DNA of 32,000 nt from Trichodesmium erythraeum IMS101 (GCF_000014265.1 NC_008312.1:3000001-3032000), one strand, 5' to 3'. Positions 10,033 through 20,642 are shown, numbered from the stretch's first letter. Notes: generated by a model not told the origin, from the letters alone. Numbers and translations: made by a program.

Positions 10033-10873
10033 CTCCGATAAATCTGTAACTAAATTATATCTATATTATATATCGTGTTTCAATACCTAAATTTTCTCTA
10101 ACTGTATTACTTCCTATCTGTACCAGAATAATTAATTCTTCTGTAGCCATTATTTTTTAATATAAATATTGGTTAAACCCTACTGAAAAAACAAATCATT
10201 CGTGACTAATGTTCATGTTAATTTAAGTTTGAATATTAACAGCCATTATCTGAAGTAAGTTAGTTTTTATCATATTTTTTTCTCCTAGCTGAAGATAATT
10301 ATTAAAACTTTCCTGCAATTTAACAACAATTAAATTTTTTAGTTTCTAGATTTCTTTAGACGCTGAGAAAAAACTAATTAAGCCTAGGTAGAGAGATTGT
10401 ATGTAACCTCCCTATTCATGAAGAGAGAGATCAACATAAAAATAATTGATAAACTTCTAGCTAATAATTATCAAAAAAGTAACTCAATTTTTGTGACATC
10501 AACTTGATAAATGTTTGCTACAAATTTGGAGAAAATTTTTTATAAATTATATCTCAGAAATCAGGAATCATAATTAATAGCTTTAATACCATTTTTTATC
10601 TGAAATCATCTTTTTTTTCAAACAAAAATCCCCTCTAAAATCTTTTTATCCTCCTTACAATTGGTAACATTATTTTTTCACCCTTGGTATTAATTACTTA
10701 ACAATTGAAATCCAACCTAAGTAGAGAATTATTTTTGGGAATTGGTATTATTCGGCTTTAGTAGTTAGCCTCATATCTCCATCTTTCCCAAAAACACATC
10801 TCCCGGCCTCTCTACCTGCCCAAAATCCCATAATTAGGAATCTACAGAGACTTAAGATCAACCAGCAAGACAA

Positions 10874-13549
10874 CTAAATCTCACAACTATACTCACTCCG
10901 CTGCTGAATCAATTTCGCCACCAAACCAGTCCAACCAGTCTGATGATTTGCACCTAAACCCGCACCCTTATCACCATGAAAATATTCATAAAACAGAATT
11001 AAATCTTGCCAGTGATCGTCATTTTGGAACATTTCCGTATCTCCATAAACCGGACGTTTTCCATTTTTATCTTTAAGGAAAATGTTAATTAGTCTCGCTT
11101 CAATTTCTAATGATACTTCCCACAAATTCATCATCTGACCAGAACCAGTCGGACATTCTACCCGAAAATCATCACCTAAATAATTATGAAACCTTTGCAG
11201 AGACTCTATCATTAAATGATTGATTGGAAACCATATAGGACCTCGCCAATTAGAGTTTCCTCCAAACATTGCACTAACAGATTCAGCAGGTTCATAATCT
11301 ACTCTGTATTCATCTTCATCAGCATAAAAAATATAAGGATTTTCCGCATGGTAACGAGACAAAGAACGAACGCCATAATCACTAAAAAACTCATTTTCAT
11401 CTAACATTTTTTCCAGGATAATTTTCAGCCTTTCCGGACTAACAATAGCGAGTAAGCGTTCTGATTCAATTCCACAAGCTTCCAGACAAGCAATATTAGC
11501 ACTAAGATCAACTCTATTTTGCATAAACCAGTTGACTCTTTTTTTGAATTTCGGTAATTTTTGCAAAGTTTCTGAGTCAATAATTGCTACAGCAAATAAT
11601 GGTATTAATCCTACTATAGAACGAACTTTTAAGTGTATATCTTCCTTTCCTGGTTCATGCAAAACATCATAATAAAAATTATCAGTTTCGTCCCAAAGTT
11701 GAGTACCACCAGGACCTAAATGATTCATGGCATCTACAATGTAGAGAAAATGCTCAAAAAACTTAGACGCAATATCTTCATAAACATCATTTTCGAGGGC
11801 AAGTTCCAGAGCAATTTTTAACATATCCAAACAAAACATTGCCATCCAACTTGTACCATCTGATTGTTCAATATGCCCTCCAGTTGGTAGTTCAGAACTC
11901 CGGTTAAATACCCCAATATTATCTAATCCTAAAAAGCCTCCTTCAAAAACATTATTTCCCTCAATATCTTTCTGGTTAACCCACCAAGTAAAATTGAGTA
12001 AAAGCTTTTGAAATACTCTTTCGAGAAACTTTCTATCCTGGCGACCATAAACTTCTTTTTCTATCTGATAAACTCTCCAAGTTCCCCAAGCATGAACCGG
12101 AGGATTGACATCATTAAAATTCCATTCATAAGCTGGTAATTGACCGTTGGGGTGCATATACCATTCCCTAGTAATTAAGTCTAATTGATGTTTAGCAAAA
12201 TTAGGATCAATTATTGCTAAAGGTATAGTATGAAAGGCTAAATCCCAAACAGCATACCAAGGATATTCCCATTTGTCAGGCATAGAAATTATATCATCAT
12301 TAAATAGATGAATCCACTCAGAATTTCTAATATTTTTCCTATTTTCTAATATTGACGGCTCTTGAAAATCCCCTTTTAACCAATCTTCTACAACATAATG
12401 ATAATATTGTTTTGTCCATAATAATCCAGCAAAAGCTTGACGCTGAATATTTCGCAATTCATCCTTCATTTTACAGGGAGAAATCCTCTGATAAAATTCA
12501 TCTGCTTCCTGAATTCTTCTTTGAAAAGTATCGTCAAACTTGGCATCAAATGGTTGTCTAATTTCTGAAGAATTAGCAAGTCTTAATTTAATAGTTTTAG
12601 TTTCACCTGGTTTTAGTTCTAAAAGATAATGTGGAGCAAACTTTGTGCCAGACATATTAGGATTAATAGCATCTTTTTGACCATTTACTAAATAATTATT
12701 GATGCCATCTTTCACATAAGGAGAAGTATTTTTTTCTCCAGATAAACGTTGTGCATTTGTTTCATTCTCAGTAAAAAATAGTTCCATAGTTTCCGAAAAA
12801 TAAAGCCACCTTTTACCTAAAGTAGGGTGGTTAGCTTCAACGAGACCATGATTAATTTTTTTGAGGATAGGCTTCTCTGAATCTTGAGTCCAAGACCAAG
12901 TATTTCTAAACCAGAGAGTGGGTAATAAGTGTAACGTTTTAGTTTCTGAAGCTAAGTTATTTACTGTAATTTTAATCAGAATATCTTCCGCTGTAGCTTT
13001 AGCATATTCAACAAAGACATCAAAATAACGATTTTCAGCAAAGACTCCAGTATCAAGCAATTCATATTCTAAAGACTTACCATCGCGCTGTTGATTTTCT
13101 GTTAATAACTCAGTATAGGGAAAAGCAGCTTGGGGATACTTATAAAGTGCCTTCATATAACTATGGCTGGGGGTATTATCTAAATAAAAATAATACTCTT
13201 TGACATCTTCACCATGATTTCCTTGAGTGCCAGTTAAACCAAAAAGTCGTTCTTTGAGCATTAGATCTTCGCCATTCCAAAGAGCGATCGCAAAACACAG
13301 TCGTTGATGATTATCAGAAATACCACAAATACCATCCTCTCCCCATCTATAAGCACGATAATGAGATTGTTCGTGGGAAAAATAATCCCAAGCAGAACCA
13401 TCTTCGCTATAGTCTTCCCGTACTGTTCCCCATTGTCTCTCACTCAAATAAGGTCCCCAACGTTGCCAGTATGCTTTATGGTTAAGATCTGCTTCCAGTC
13501 TTTGTTCTTCTTGAGTCAAAATGTTATGGTTTTGAGTATTCATAATCAT
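10874..13549 (-). CDS. GH63-like glycoside hydrolase (MGH1-like / YgjK-like glucosidase family)
   Basis: 891-aa ORF. The N-terminal [21 protein letters not shown]...YRWGEDGI...[17 protein letters not shown] and the C-terminal (alpha/alpha)6-type region ([25 protein letters not shown]) match my memory of this family. Confidence 0.85.
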   Translation of the reverse strand: MIMNTQNHNILTQEEQRLEADLNHKAYWQRWGPYLSERQWGTVREDYSEDGSAWDYFSHEQSHYRAYRWGEDGICGISDNHQRLCFAIALWNGEDLMLKERLFGLTGTQGNHGEDVKEYYFYLDNTPSHSYMKALYKYPQAAFPYTELLTENQQRDGKSLEYELLDTGVFAENRYFDVFVEYAKATAEDILIKITVNNLASETKTLHLLPTLWFRNTWSWTQDSEKPILKKINHGLVEANHPTLGKRWLYFSETMELFFTENETNAQRLSGEKNTSPYVKDGINNYLVNGQKDAINPNMSGTKFAPHYLLELKPGETKTIKLRLANSSEIRQPFDAKFDDTFQRRIQEADEFYQRISPCKMKDELRNIQRQAFAGLLWTKQYYHYVVEDWLKGDFQEPSILENRKNIRNSEWIHLFNDDIISMPDKWEYPWYAVWDLAFHTIPLAIIDPNFAKHQLDLITREWYMHPNGQLPAYEWNFNDVNPPVHAWGTWRVYQIEKEVYGRQDRKFLERVFQKLLLNFTWWVNQKDIEGNNVFEGGFLGLDNIGVFNRSSELPTGGHIEQSDGTSWMAMFCLDMLKIALELALENDVYEDIASKFFEHFLYIVDAMNHLGPGGTQLWDETDNFYYDVLHEPGKEDIHLKVRSIVGLIPLFAVAIIDSETLQKLPKFKKRVNWFMQNRVDLSANIACLEACGIESERLLAIVSPERLKIILEKMLDENEFFSDYGVRSLSRYHAENPYIFYADEDEYRVDYEPAESVSAMFGGNSNWRGPIWFPINHLMIESLQRFHNYLGDDFRVECPTGSGQMMNLWEVSLEIEARLINIFLKDKNGKRPVYGDTEMFQNDDHWQDLILFYEYFHGDKGAGLGANHQTGWTGLVAKLIQQRSEYSCEI

Positions 13550-15716
13550 TGATACTTTAGAATGGCTTAGAATCTTAATTTACTATAACTGTCCTCAAGT
13601 ATTTGTAACAAAATGATCTTTTTTATCTTTATTAGGATCGTTTTATAACAACAACTTTCCCAAGAGTCGTGAAAAATCATACTTATAGCAATAAACTCAG
13701 TTTTTGGTTTGAATTTGTAAGCTCACGGGGTAAGAAGCAACTGAAAACTATTATGAGATGGAGAGGTAAAGATATTCACTCAGTGAAAACTTGACCGTTT
13801 GTAAAAAAAAATAATCTTTATTAGTAAAGGTGTAGATAAGCAATATCACCAAATTATTATTTTAACTTTAGCGATCGTCTATGAAACATAATTATTTTAT
13901 GAATTTACTCATTACTGTTACTATACCTCATAAGGGAACAAAAGCACTGTAAATTTGAGAATAGTTGTAAATGTCAAAGCTCAACAAATCATCATTTTTC
14001 AACAACCATCCACATATTATTATCAAATTCAAAAAAAAGCATTGGTAAATGAAGATATGACTAGGAAAAAATGCGACCGCTGTTTCGTGCTTAAATTGCT
14101 GAGTCTTCTCAGTATAAGGTATAGGAACACTTCTAAATTTGAGATAGTGAGATTATTGACTCACTGAATTTCTCAGCATCATTTCAGACTTAGAGCAACA
14201 AAGGGTTTTTCTTTGAGCAAGCAAGATTATCTCATACTTTGGTGTTTTCTCCCTCAACTCAACTGATGTAAATTTTGCTAACAACTCCATCCGGAAGAAA
14301 ACTTGGAGTAACTTTCCAGCCATCAGTGACGTCAAAGTAGCATCTCCTTGAGATCCACTATTTCCCATAATAGTTGGAAGGTTTCGACGCAATGATCTTC
14401 AAGTAACCTTCCTTTTATGACTTTTTCATATAGGAGCTACAACTTTTGAGAGCAAAATTTTGTTTTTTTTTGATCTCACAGAGACTTCTAGTTCCTCTAA
14501 TTCTCCCACTTGAACAATTGTTTCCAGCTCATAAGCTTTTTTGTAATAATTTTCCTACTTATTTATACAATTGATAATTGCCAGAGGACTTATGCCTTTT
14601 AACTGACCAAAAAAAACCATGCCATCGACGTAATTCATGTTTTAGATCATCTCAATAGCTTCTTTGTGTTTGATAGTAGTCTAAAAAAGGTCTTCTACTC
14701 ACAACCAACATAGATTTAGACTTAATCATTGTTTTCCTTTCTTTTTTTTCATTTTTATGAATATGAATTGATTAACATCGAGAAAATTGTATTGAAGTTC
14801 AACTGGGCTTATTGAAAAAACCATACCCTAATTTACCAACACCCAAAAAAGTGATGCTTCAAGAAATATTTTGACCTGAGCCTTTCAAGAAGTAATATCT
14901 TTTAAAAATTTATTAGTGTGATCATAGGTTGGGTAATAGTCATTTTATAGCAATTTCCTAAAGTTAGACTAAATATAACTTGAGCTCTTAGCTTTCAAGC
15001 TTAATAGATTTATTTACCAGTAAAATTTCAAGTTTATGAAACAGGTATTAATTATTACTTATTAGTTAGCTGTTGATCTGTATAGTTATTCCATAATCTA
15101 TTAATTACAAATAAAAAATCAATACGATAAACTCAAAAAATGATTGACAAAAATTTATTTATATACTAGGATTTTAGTTTTGGCGTATAAATTATCTACT
15201 CTGAATCCCATCCTAAATATAAAATAGTAGATGGACCTCTTGTCTGAGGAGTGTTGAAAATTGTAGCAACAGTATCATATATGATACAGTTTCTTGACTC
15301 ACTAGAGATTTATACCAAAACCCTATCGGTTTATCGGTAGGGATAAACAACATCAATAGTCATTCTAGAAGAACAAAAAAATAGAGGAAATAACAAACCA
15401 GGTGAGAAGGAAATTTTTCAGTCTTATAGACAAGACATGCAAAGGATAACTCAGCTCTTTAAGAAGGAAGTAAAATCATCCTTTTCTGCTTCCTATACAA
15501 GCAGAAAACTGCGAAATATTTATAGTTAATCTTGAAGGATAAGTGGTGTTAAAAAATTAATTACACATCTATACAAGCTGAATTCTTTGCTTTAATTACG
15601 AGGGCAAAGATTAAAATAGGTAAATAATTTTGTAATACTACTTATCTACCTGAGAAAAGCCAATTAATTAAACTAAGTCAAAGTCGATTAAACAAACAAA
15701 AAAAGGGGGTAATACT

Positions 15717-16298
15717 ATGAAATTAAAAACAAAACTATACACTGATGCTGTCAAAGAGGCATTACTTTCCTTATCAGACATAGAATTTTATAATACTATA
15801 CACTATTGGCTTGAACGAATATCTAAAAATTATTGGGAAACAGAATTATTAGATGAAATGCAGCTGGCTTTAGGTTATACATTAGAGTCAGGAGAAACCC
15901 TACAATCTTACAAAAATTGGGATGAATTAATGTGTGCTGAACCTGACTGTAAAAATGTCTATTTAATCGCACCATCACCTTTAAAATTACGCAGGTACTT
16001 ATATCAAATGGATTCACATTCTTTTTATGAAAATATAATTTATCTAGCAGGAGTTGCTTATACAGATGGACAAATAGGTGAACCTCCAAATGCTTTTTGT
16101 GACGGATATGAATTTATGGAAAACTTAGTTGCAAATCTCAGGAAAAATCAACCTAACCAAGAAATAAATTATCCCCCACAAACTATCCCAATTATGAATC
16201 AAATTCAGTCAAACGAAAAGCTTTTTCAAGTATCAGAATATTGGCGGAGTTATAGTGGAGGTAAAGTAACTGATTTTGTACTTTTAACATCTAATTAG
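15717..16298 (+). CDS. Hypothetical protein
   Basis: 193-aa ORF preceded by the purine-rich AAAGGGGG Shine-Dalgarno-like tract 8 nt upstream of the ATG. No recognisable domain. Confidence 0.55.
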   Translation: MKLKTKLYTDAVKEALLSLSDIEFYNTIHYWLERISKNYWETELLDEMQLALGYTLESGETLQSYKNWDELMCAEPDCKNVYLIAPSPLKLRRYLYQMDSHSFYENIIYLAGVAYTDGQIGEPPNAFCDGYEFMENLVANLRKNQPNQEINYPPQTIPIMNQIQSNEKLFQVSEYWRSYSGGKVTDFVLLTSN

Positions 16299-16553
16299 AA
16301 GGAAAGAAAAAGGAAGAAATAGGAAGCACATCAATATATTGATAGAACTTCTTGTAAATAACTATTTGATCTAATTACCTATTCTCTCATCTGATCAAAA
16401 CTATTTCTTACTTTTCTAGTTACCAATTTTGTTGTCCAAAACATAACAAAATTAATAGTAGGGGGAATTTATGAATTCCTCTTACAGACAGAAGTAAGAT
16501 AGAATTGGGTTCAATTTACTTGCTGCTATTATTTTACTTTCAATTAAGTCACA

Positions 16554-17336
16554 ATGAAACGATACTTACAAGTACTAAAATTATTTTGGAGTGCAGCTAT
16601 TGCGGCTGAATTAGAATACCGTTTCAACTTTATGATCGCAGCCATTAGCAGCATAGGAGGTTTACTAGGTAGCTTATTTAGTTTACTTCTATTCTATAGA
16701 ACAGGCTACAAATTTCAAGGTTGGAATTGGGAAGAATCTTTAATTATCCTAGCAATTTTTACCATTTTACAGGGTCTTTCAGCAACTTTTTTGATTCCTA
16801 GTTTAAACCGAATTGTGAAGCAGGTACAAGAAGGTACCCTAGATTTTGTCCTTCTCAAACCCATTAGTAGTCAATTTTTGCTTTCTACTCGCACAATTTC
16901 TCCCTGGGGAATACTAGACATAATTTTTGGCGGGTTCCTCTTAGAATATGCCGGTAGTAAACTTGGTTTAGGAATAAGCAATTATTTGCTTACCATACTT
17001 CCAATGGTCTGTGGGATAATTATTCTTTATAGTATCTGGTTTATCCTGGGCTCTACCAGTATTTGGTTTGTCAAAATTTATAACTTAACAGAAGTCCTCA
17101 GAGGTTTATTAGGAGCAGGAAGATATCCAATAGTAGCTTACCCTACTGCTTATCGTTTCTTCTTCACTTTTCTAGTACCAGTGGCATTTTTAACTACTGT
17201 ACCAGCTCAAACCATATTAGGTAAGGCTGGAAGTACTTGGATATTGGGTTCTTTTGTTTTAGCAGGCGGATTATTTTTTGCCTCTATTCAATTTTGGCGA
17301 CTCGCTCTGCGCTATTATACAAGTGCTTCTAGTTAA
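16554..17336 (+). CDS. ABC-2 family transporter permease (ABC2_membrane_6 / DUF990-like)
   Basis: 260-aa polytopic membrane protein. The N-terminal YLQVLKLFWSAAIAAELEYRFNF signature and about 6 hydrophobic segments are typical of COG3694/COG4587-type permeases. No cognate ATPase gene is in the window. Confidence 0.75.
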   Translation: MKRYLQVLKLFWSAAIAAELEYRFNFMIAAISSIGGLLGSLFSLLLFYRTGYKFQGWNWEESLIILAIFTILQGLSATFLIPSLNRIVKQVQEGTLDFVLLKPISSQFLLSTRTISPWGILDIIFGGFLLEYAGSKLGLGISNYLLTILPMVCGIIILYSIWFILGSTSIWFVKIYNLTEVLRGLLGAGRYPIVAYPTAYRFFFTFLVPVAFLTTVPAQTILGKAGSTWILGSFVLAGGLFFASIQFWRLALRYYTSASS

Positions 17337-17669
17337 AGGAAGAAATAAAAAGGAAGAAAGAAGTTTAATTTCAAAGTTGATAAGATAGGAAGACTTTTCC
17401 TCCTAATGACGAATAGTTAGGGGAAATTAAGACCAAGATCAGGGAGACCTTTTTGTAGTATTCTTTACTTCACCTTTGATACAACACCAAAGTCTACGGA
17501 AAAGTTATCATGGCGACAATAGGAAAAACTATTGGCCCACCGAAGATAATTGCTCCCTTCCACTACGTTCCAGTAGCTGCAGACCGGCTTTTTTGCGAAA
17601 AGAAAGTAAATAGGGTCAAAAAAATTGTTTAGCAGAAAAAAAACTACTCCAAGGTTAGATATTAGTTAA

Positions 17670-17975
17670 GTCGAAGTCCAAATACAAGTAGTTCCTCAGC
17701 AACTAGTCTCAGTATGGTGCTTCTCTAAAGCAGAGAGGAAGTCTTATATTTTGGTGCTTATGATGAAGTAATAGAACATTGGGTAAAGCAACAGAAAACT
17801 AGACGTAGGAGAGCATCAAATATCTATAGTGATACCCCCATTAAATTACTATTGACTATACAATTATTGTTTGGTACTGCTCAATAATAGACGGAAGCTT
17901 TTAACCGAATCTATATTTAAATTGATGGACTTGTATAGATAAGGTACACTCTACAGACCTATAATAAATGATCTG
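17670..17975 (+). mobile_element. IS5-family (IS903-group-like) transposase relic, N-terminal third only
   Basis: Across two frames it reads SKYK..YGASLKQRGSLIFW / DDEVIEHWVKQQKTRRRRASNIYSDTPIKLLLTIQLLFGTAQ**TEAFNRIYI*IDGLV*IRYTLQTYNK. This parallels IS903 Tnp as I recall it (YNQALINRGSLTFWLDDEAI...RYSDLAI...LRAAQGF...PDYTSVSKR). Confidence 0.6.
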
Positions 17976-18029
17976 GATTTGATCTAATTTAAGGATTATC
18001 TACCGCCTCAAATACTACTCAAAATTAAA

Positions 18030-19724
18030 TTAAACAGTTAATTCTAATCGTTTTTTTCTTTCAATTGCTTCGTGATAGTCAGGTTTAATTTCTAATACAA
18101 TTTTGTAAGAACTAACAGCTTCTTGAACATATCCTAATCTTTCCAGAATTAATCCTCTTTTCAACCAAGTTTCATGATTACCAGGCCTTAAAGAAATGAT
18201 TTTGTTATAGGCAACGATCGCTTCATCTAACCTCTCTAATTTTTCCAGCATTAAAGCTAATTGTAACCAAGCTTGATAATTACTAGGCCATATACTAATA
18301 GCTCGACTATAACTCAAAACAGCTTCTTCATAATTTGCCATTTTTTCTAAGTTTAATCCCCGGTTTAACCAACCATCAAAATTATTTGGTTGTTTTTCAA
18401 TTACCAAATTATAAGCTTCTATTGCTTCAGGATATCGCTCTAACTTTTCTAAAGCTGCTCCTCTCTGTAAACCTACTTTAGCAACAGAAACTCCTTGCTC
18501 AAAACTCATTTTTATCACTTTGTCATAAGCTGCCAATGCTTGATCATAATTTTGGACTCTTTCTAATGCTTCACCTCGACAATTCCAAGCCTCTAAAAAA
18601 TATGGCTCAATACTAACAGCATTACCATAAGCAATAAGAGCTTCATTATATTTACCTAGAGCCATCCATGCTTTACCTCTACCTAACCAAGATTCGGGAT
18701 AATTAGAGTTAATTGTAATTGCCTTATTAAAAGACTCTAATGCCTCACGATATTTAAATAAATCTAATAAAATATAACCACGACTAATCCAAATTTCTGG
18801 TAAATTAGGGTTAAAATTAATTGCCTTATCTAAACAAGCAACTCCTCCTTCTTTCCAATGATTTTTTAAAGCTAATCCTTTATAATACCAAGCTTCATAA
18901 TCATCAGGATTTAATTTAATTGCCTTATTAAAAGAAGAGACTGCATCGTGATATTTATGTAGTTTACTTTGAGCAATACCTAAGTTAAACCAACCTAGAT
19001 AATTCTCTGGTTGTAATTCTATAGCGTGGCCATAACTGATAACTGCTTCTGCATAACGTTGAGTTTGAAATAAAGCTAATCCTCTCTTAAACCAAATATC
19101 ATAATTATCAGGTTGCAGCTTCGCAGCACAATCATAAGCTGCTAATGCTTCAGCATATTTTTGCACATTTAATAATGCTTGACCTTGACCATACCAAATT
19201 TCTCCCTTCATAGGTTGTATTTTTAGTGCTTCTTTGTAGCAGTATATCGCAGGTAAATCTTGTTTTAATTCGCTTAAAATAATTGCTTTATTAAACCATG
19301 ATTGATAATCATTTGGATTAATTTTAATTGCTTTGTCAAAGCAAGCGATCGCTTGCTCATACTGCTTTAAATTAGATAATACAACTCCATAACTATGCCA
19401 AGCTTGATGAGCGTTTTGTTTGAGAGATAGGGATCTTTTATAAGCCTCTACTGCTTGTTCATACTTTTGCAATTTAGATAAGGCCTCAGCTAGTTTTAAC
19501 CAACCTATAGCCCAGTCTGGCTTTATTTTCACTGCATTTTCGTAGTAGGGAATAGCTGACTCGTATCTACCCATTTCATACAGTCTGTTACCACGGTCAT
19601 ATTCTGGGAACGCAGAAAAGATGCTAAAAATTCCCTTAGAAGAGGAAATAGTTTGATTATTTTTAGTATTTAATGTAGTTAAAAATGTCAATTTTTCCGA
19701 TGATTTAGCATGAGTTTTGCTCAT
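18030..19724 (-). CDS. Tetratricopeptide (TPR) repeat protein
   Basis: 564-aa ORF made almost entirely of 34-residue repeats with the W..G/Y..A..F/Y..A....P pattern (for example YEQAIACFDKAIKINPNDYQSWFNKAI). Confidence 0.9.
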   Translation of the reverse strand: MSKTHAKSSEKLTFLTTLNTKNNQTISSSKGIFSIFSAFPEYDRGNRLYEMGRYESAIPYYENAVKIKPDWAIGWLKLAEALSKLQKYEQAVEAYKRSLSLKQNAHQAWHSYGVVLSNLKQYEQAIACFDKAIKINPNDYQSWFNKAIILSELKQDLPAIYCYKEALKIQPMKGEIWYGQGQALLNVQKYAEALAAYDCAAKLQPDNYDIWFKRGLALFQTQRYAEAVISYGHAIELQPENYLGWFNLGIAQSKLHKYHDAVSSFNKAIKLNPDDYEAWYYKGLALKNHWKEGGVACLDKAINFNPNLPEIWISRGYILLDLFKYREALESFNKAITINSNYPESWLGRGKAWMALGKYNEALIAYGNAVSIEPYFLEAWNCRGEALERVQNYDQALAAYDKVIKMSFEQGVSVAKVGLQRGAALEKLERYPEAIEAYNLVIEKQPNNFDGWLNRGLNLEKMANYEEAVLSYSRAISIWPSNYQAWLQLALMLEKLERLDEAIVAYNKIISLRPGNHETWLKRGLILERLGYVQEAVSSYKIVLEIKPDYHEAIERKKRLELTV

Positions 19725-20365
19725 AATTTTTTCCTAGAAGCTGATAGGACAAATTCTGGAATAATATTATATTTTTTGTGATTATTTAATATCTAATTTT
19801 TAAGTAGAAACTTATCTCTTAAACTTATCCAGAATATATTTCATTAAGGATTACTTTTTTTTGTTTTTTTTAAAGAGTAAGGATAAATAGGAATTATAAA
19901 GCAATACGCTTTATTTAAGGATTTTTTGCCCGATTTATGCTAGCTCAAAAGCCCATAATTTTGGTTCCATGCCTTATAAGTTTTTTTTCTTATTTGAACT
20001 GTATTGAATTAACTCAGAGGTATCTAGATATATTTATCCCATGATTTTTCTGCTATTGTCTGATCAAAAGGTTAACTTCTTGAGTTTAAACAATCGAAAA
20101 GCTGGCACTTTTTTTTAATCCTAAGAAGCTAAAACCTTTATATGCTAATAATTTGATAGCTAATTAGCCAAGACTCATTATCATAAATCTTCTACTCTTT
20201 GGGTCCATCTATCTACCTACTTTTTTCCTCTTTTTGTTTAATACAAAATATTATACTGAATTTACATATTTTTTTGGGCAACTATTCTGATGATAAGTGT
20301 TCTTAAGAGAATGTAGTTGTAATTAATATTAATTATATCCATAAAACAAGTTACCGAAAAATTAG

Positions 20366-20401
20366 GTTGAAACCCTCCCTCGTCCATCGGGGGACTTGAA
20401 C
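20366..20401 (+). repeat. Solitary 36-nt CRISPR-repeat-like element (a different sequence type from the array at 21208)
   Basis: GTTGAAACCCTCCCTCGTCCATCGGGGGACTTGAAC. It has a 7-bp stem (20376-20382 / 20388-20394) with one G-U pair that works only in plus-strand RNA, then the tail (A)CTTGAAC. The architecture resembles type III-associated cyanobacterial repeats (stem then ACTGAAAC) as I recall them. Confidence 0.4.
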
Positions 20402-20410
20402 GCATTTTTA

Positions 20411-20563
20411 TCAACTATCCTTGACTATTCTTAATTTCTGATTTTCCAATTTTTGTTTTTCCCTTAATTGTCTTCCCTTCACTTTTTTATGGGGAATACA
20501 GATATTTTTATATTGATTTTGGAGACTTTGGAAAGCACTCATAACTTCTATTGGTGTCTTCAT
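20411..20563 (-). CDS. Small basic protein, 50 aa (MKTPIEVMSAFQSLQNQYKNICIPHKKVKGRQLREKQKLENQKLRIVKDS)
   Basis: It is below the 60-aa track cutoff. ATG at 20563 is preceded by AGGAGA with a 7-nt spacer, and the stop is TGA (complement of 20411-20413). A decayed paralogous copy at 21511-21672 shows the module is a duplicated unit. Confidence 0.45.
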   Translation of the reverse strand: MKTPIEVMSAFQSLQNQYKNICIPHKKVKGRQLREKQKLENQKLRIVKDS

Positions 20564-20609
20564 AGGTATATCTCCTATTAATTTTGTCTGATCATGGAAC
20601 TTTTGATTT

Positions 20610-20642
20610 TGTCACGGCTGTCACCCTTGTCACTCCTGTGAC
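20610..20642 (-). promoter_or_regulatory. Iteron-like operator candidate: TGTCAC x3 at exact 9-bp phase plus an inverted GTGAC
   Basis: TGTCAC occurs at 20610, 20619 and 20628, and GTGAC at 20638-20642 forms GTCAC-TCCT-GTGAC with the third unit. The site lies 47-80 nt upstream of the small ORF start on the minus strand. Confidence 0.35.

Noticed and set aside
11216-13552. Four short ORFs (11216..11404, 12352..12561, 13261..13443, 13304..13552) overlapping the GH63 gene
   Set aside because: They are shadow or alternate-frame ORFs within an 891-aa conserved CDS and show no independent signals.
14153-14720. 79-aa minus-strand ORF and upstream broken frames (MIKSKSMLVVSRRPF...), considered as an IS630-like transposase relic
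   Set aside because: I could not align the fragments convincingly to any transposase family from memory. It is probably a pseudogene of some kind, but I cannot support a call.
15272-15287. An NtcA binding site, because the palindrome begins GTA and ends TAC
   Set aside because: The spacing is GTA-N10-TAC, not the canonical GTA-N8-TAC, and no -10 box sits at the expected distance.
15823-16089. 88-aa ORF antisense to the 193-aa hypothetical gene
   Set aside because: The sense ORF is longer and has a good SD, while the antisense one has none. I cannot fully exclude it because neither has a recognised domain.
20366-20401. A tRNA fragment, because the minus strand reads GTTCAAGTCC like a T-loop
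   Set aside because: The flanking bases do not form a T-stem (ATGCG versus CCCCC), and no acceptor or anticodon arm can be drawn.
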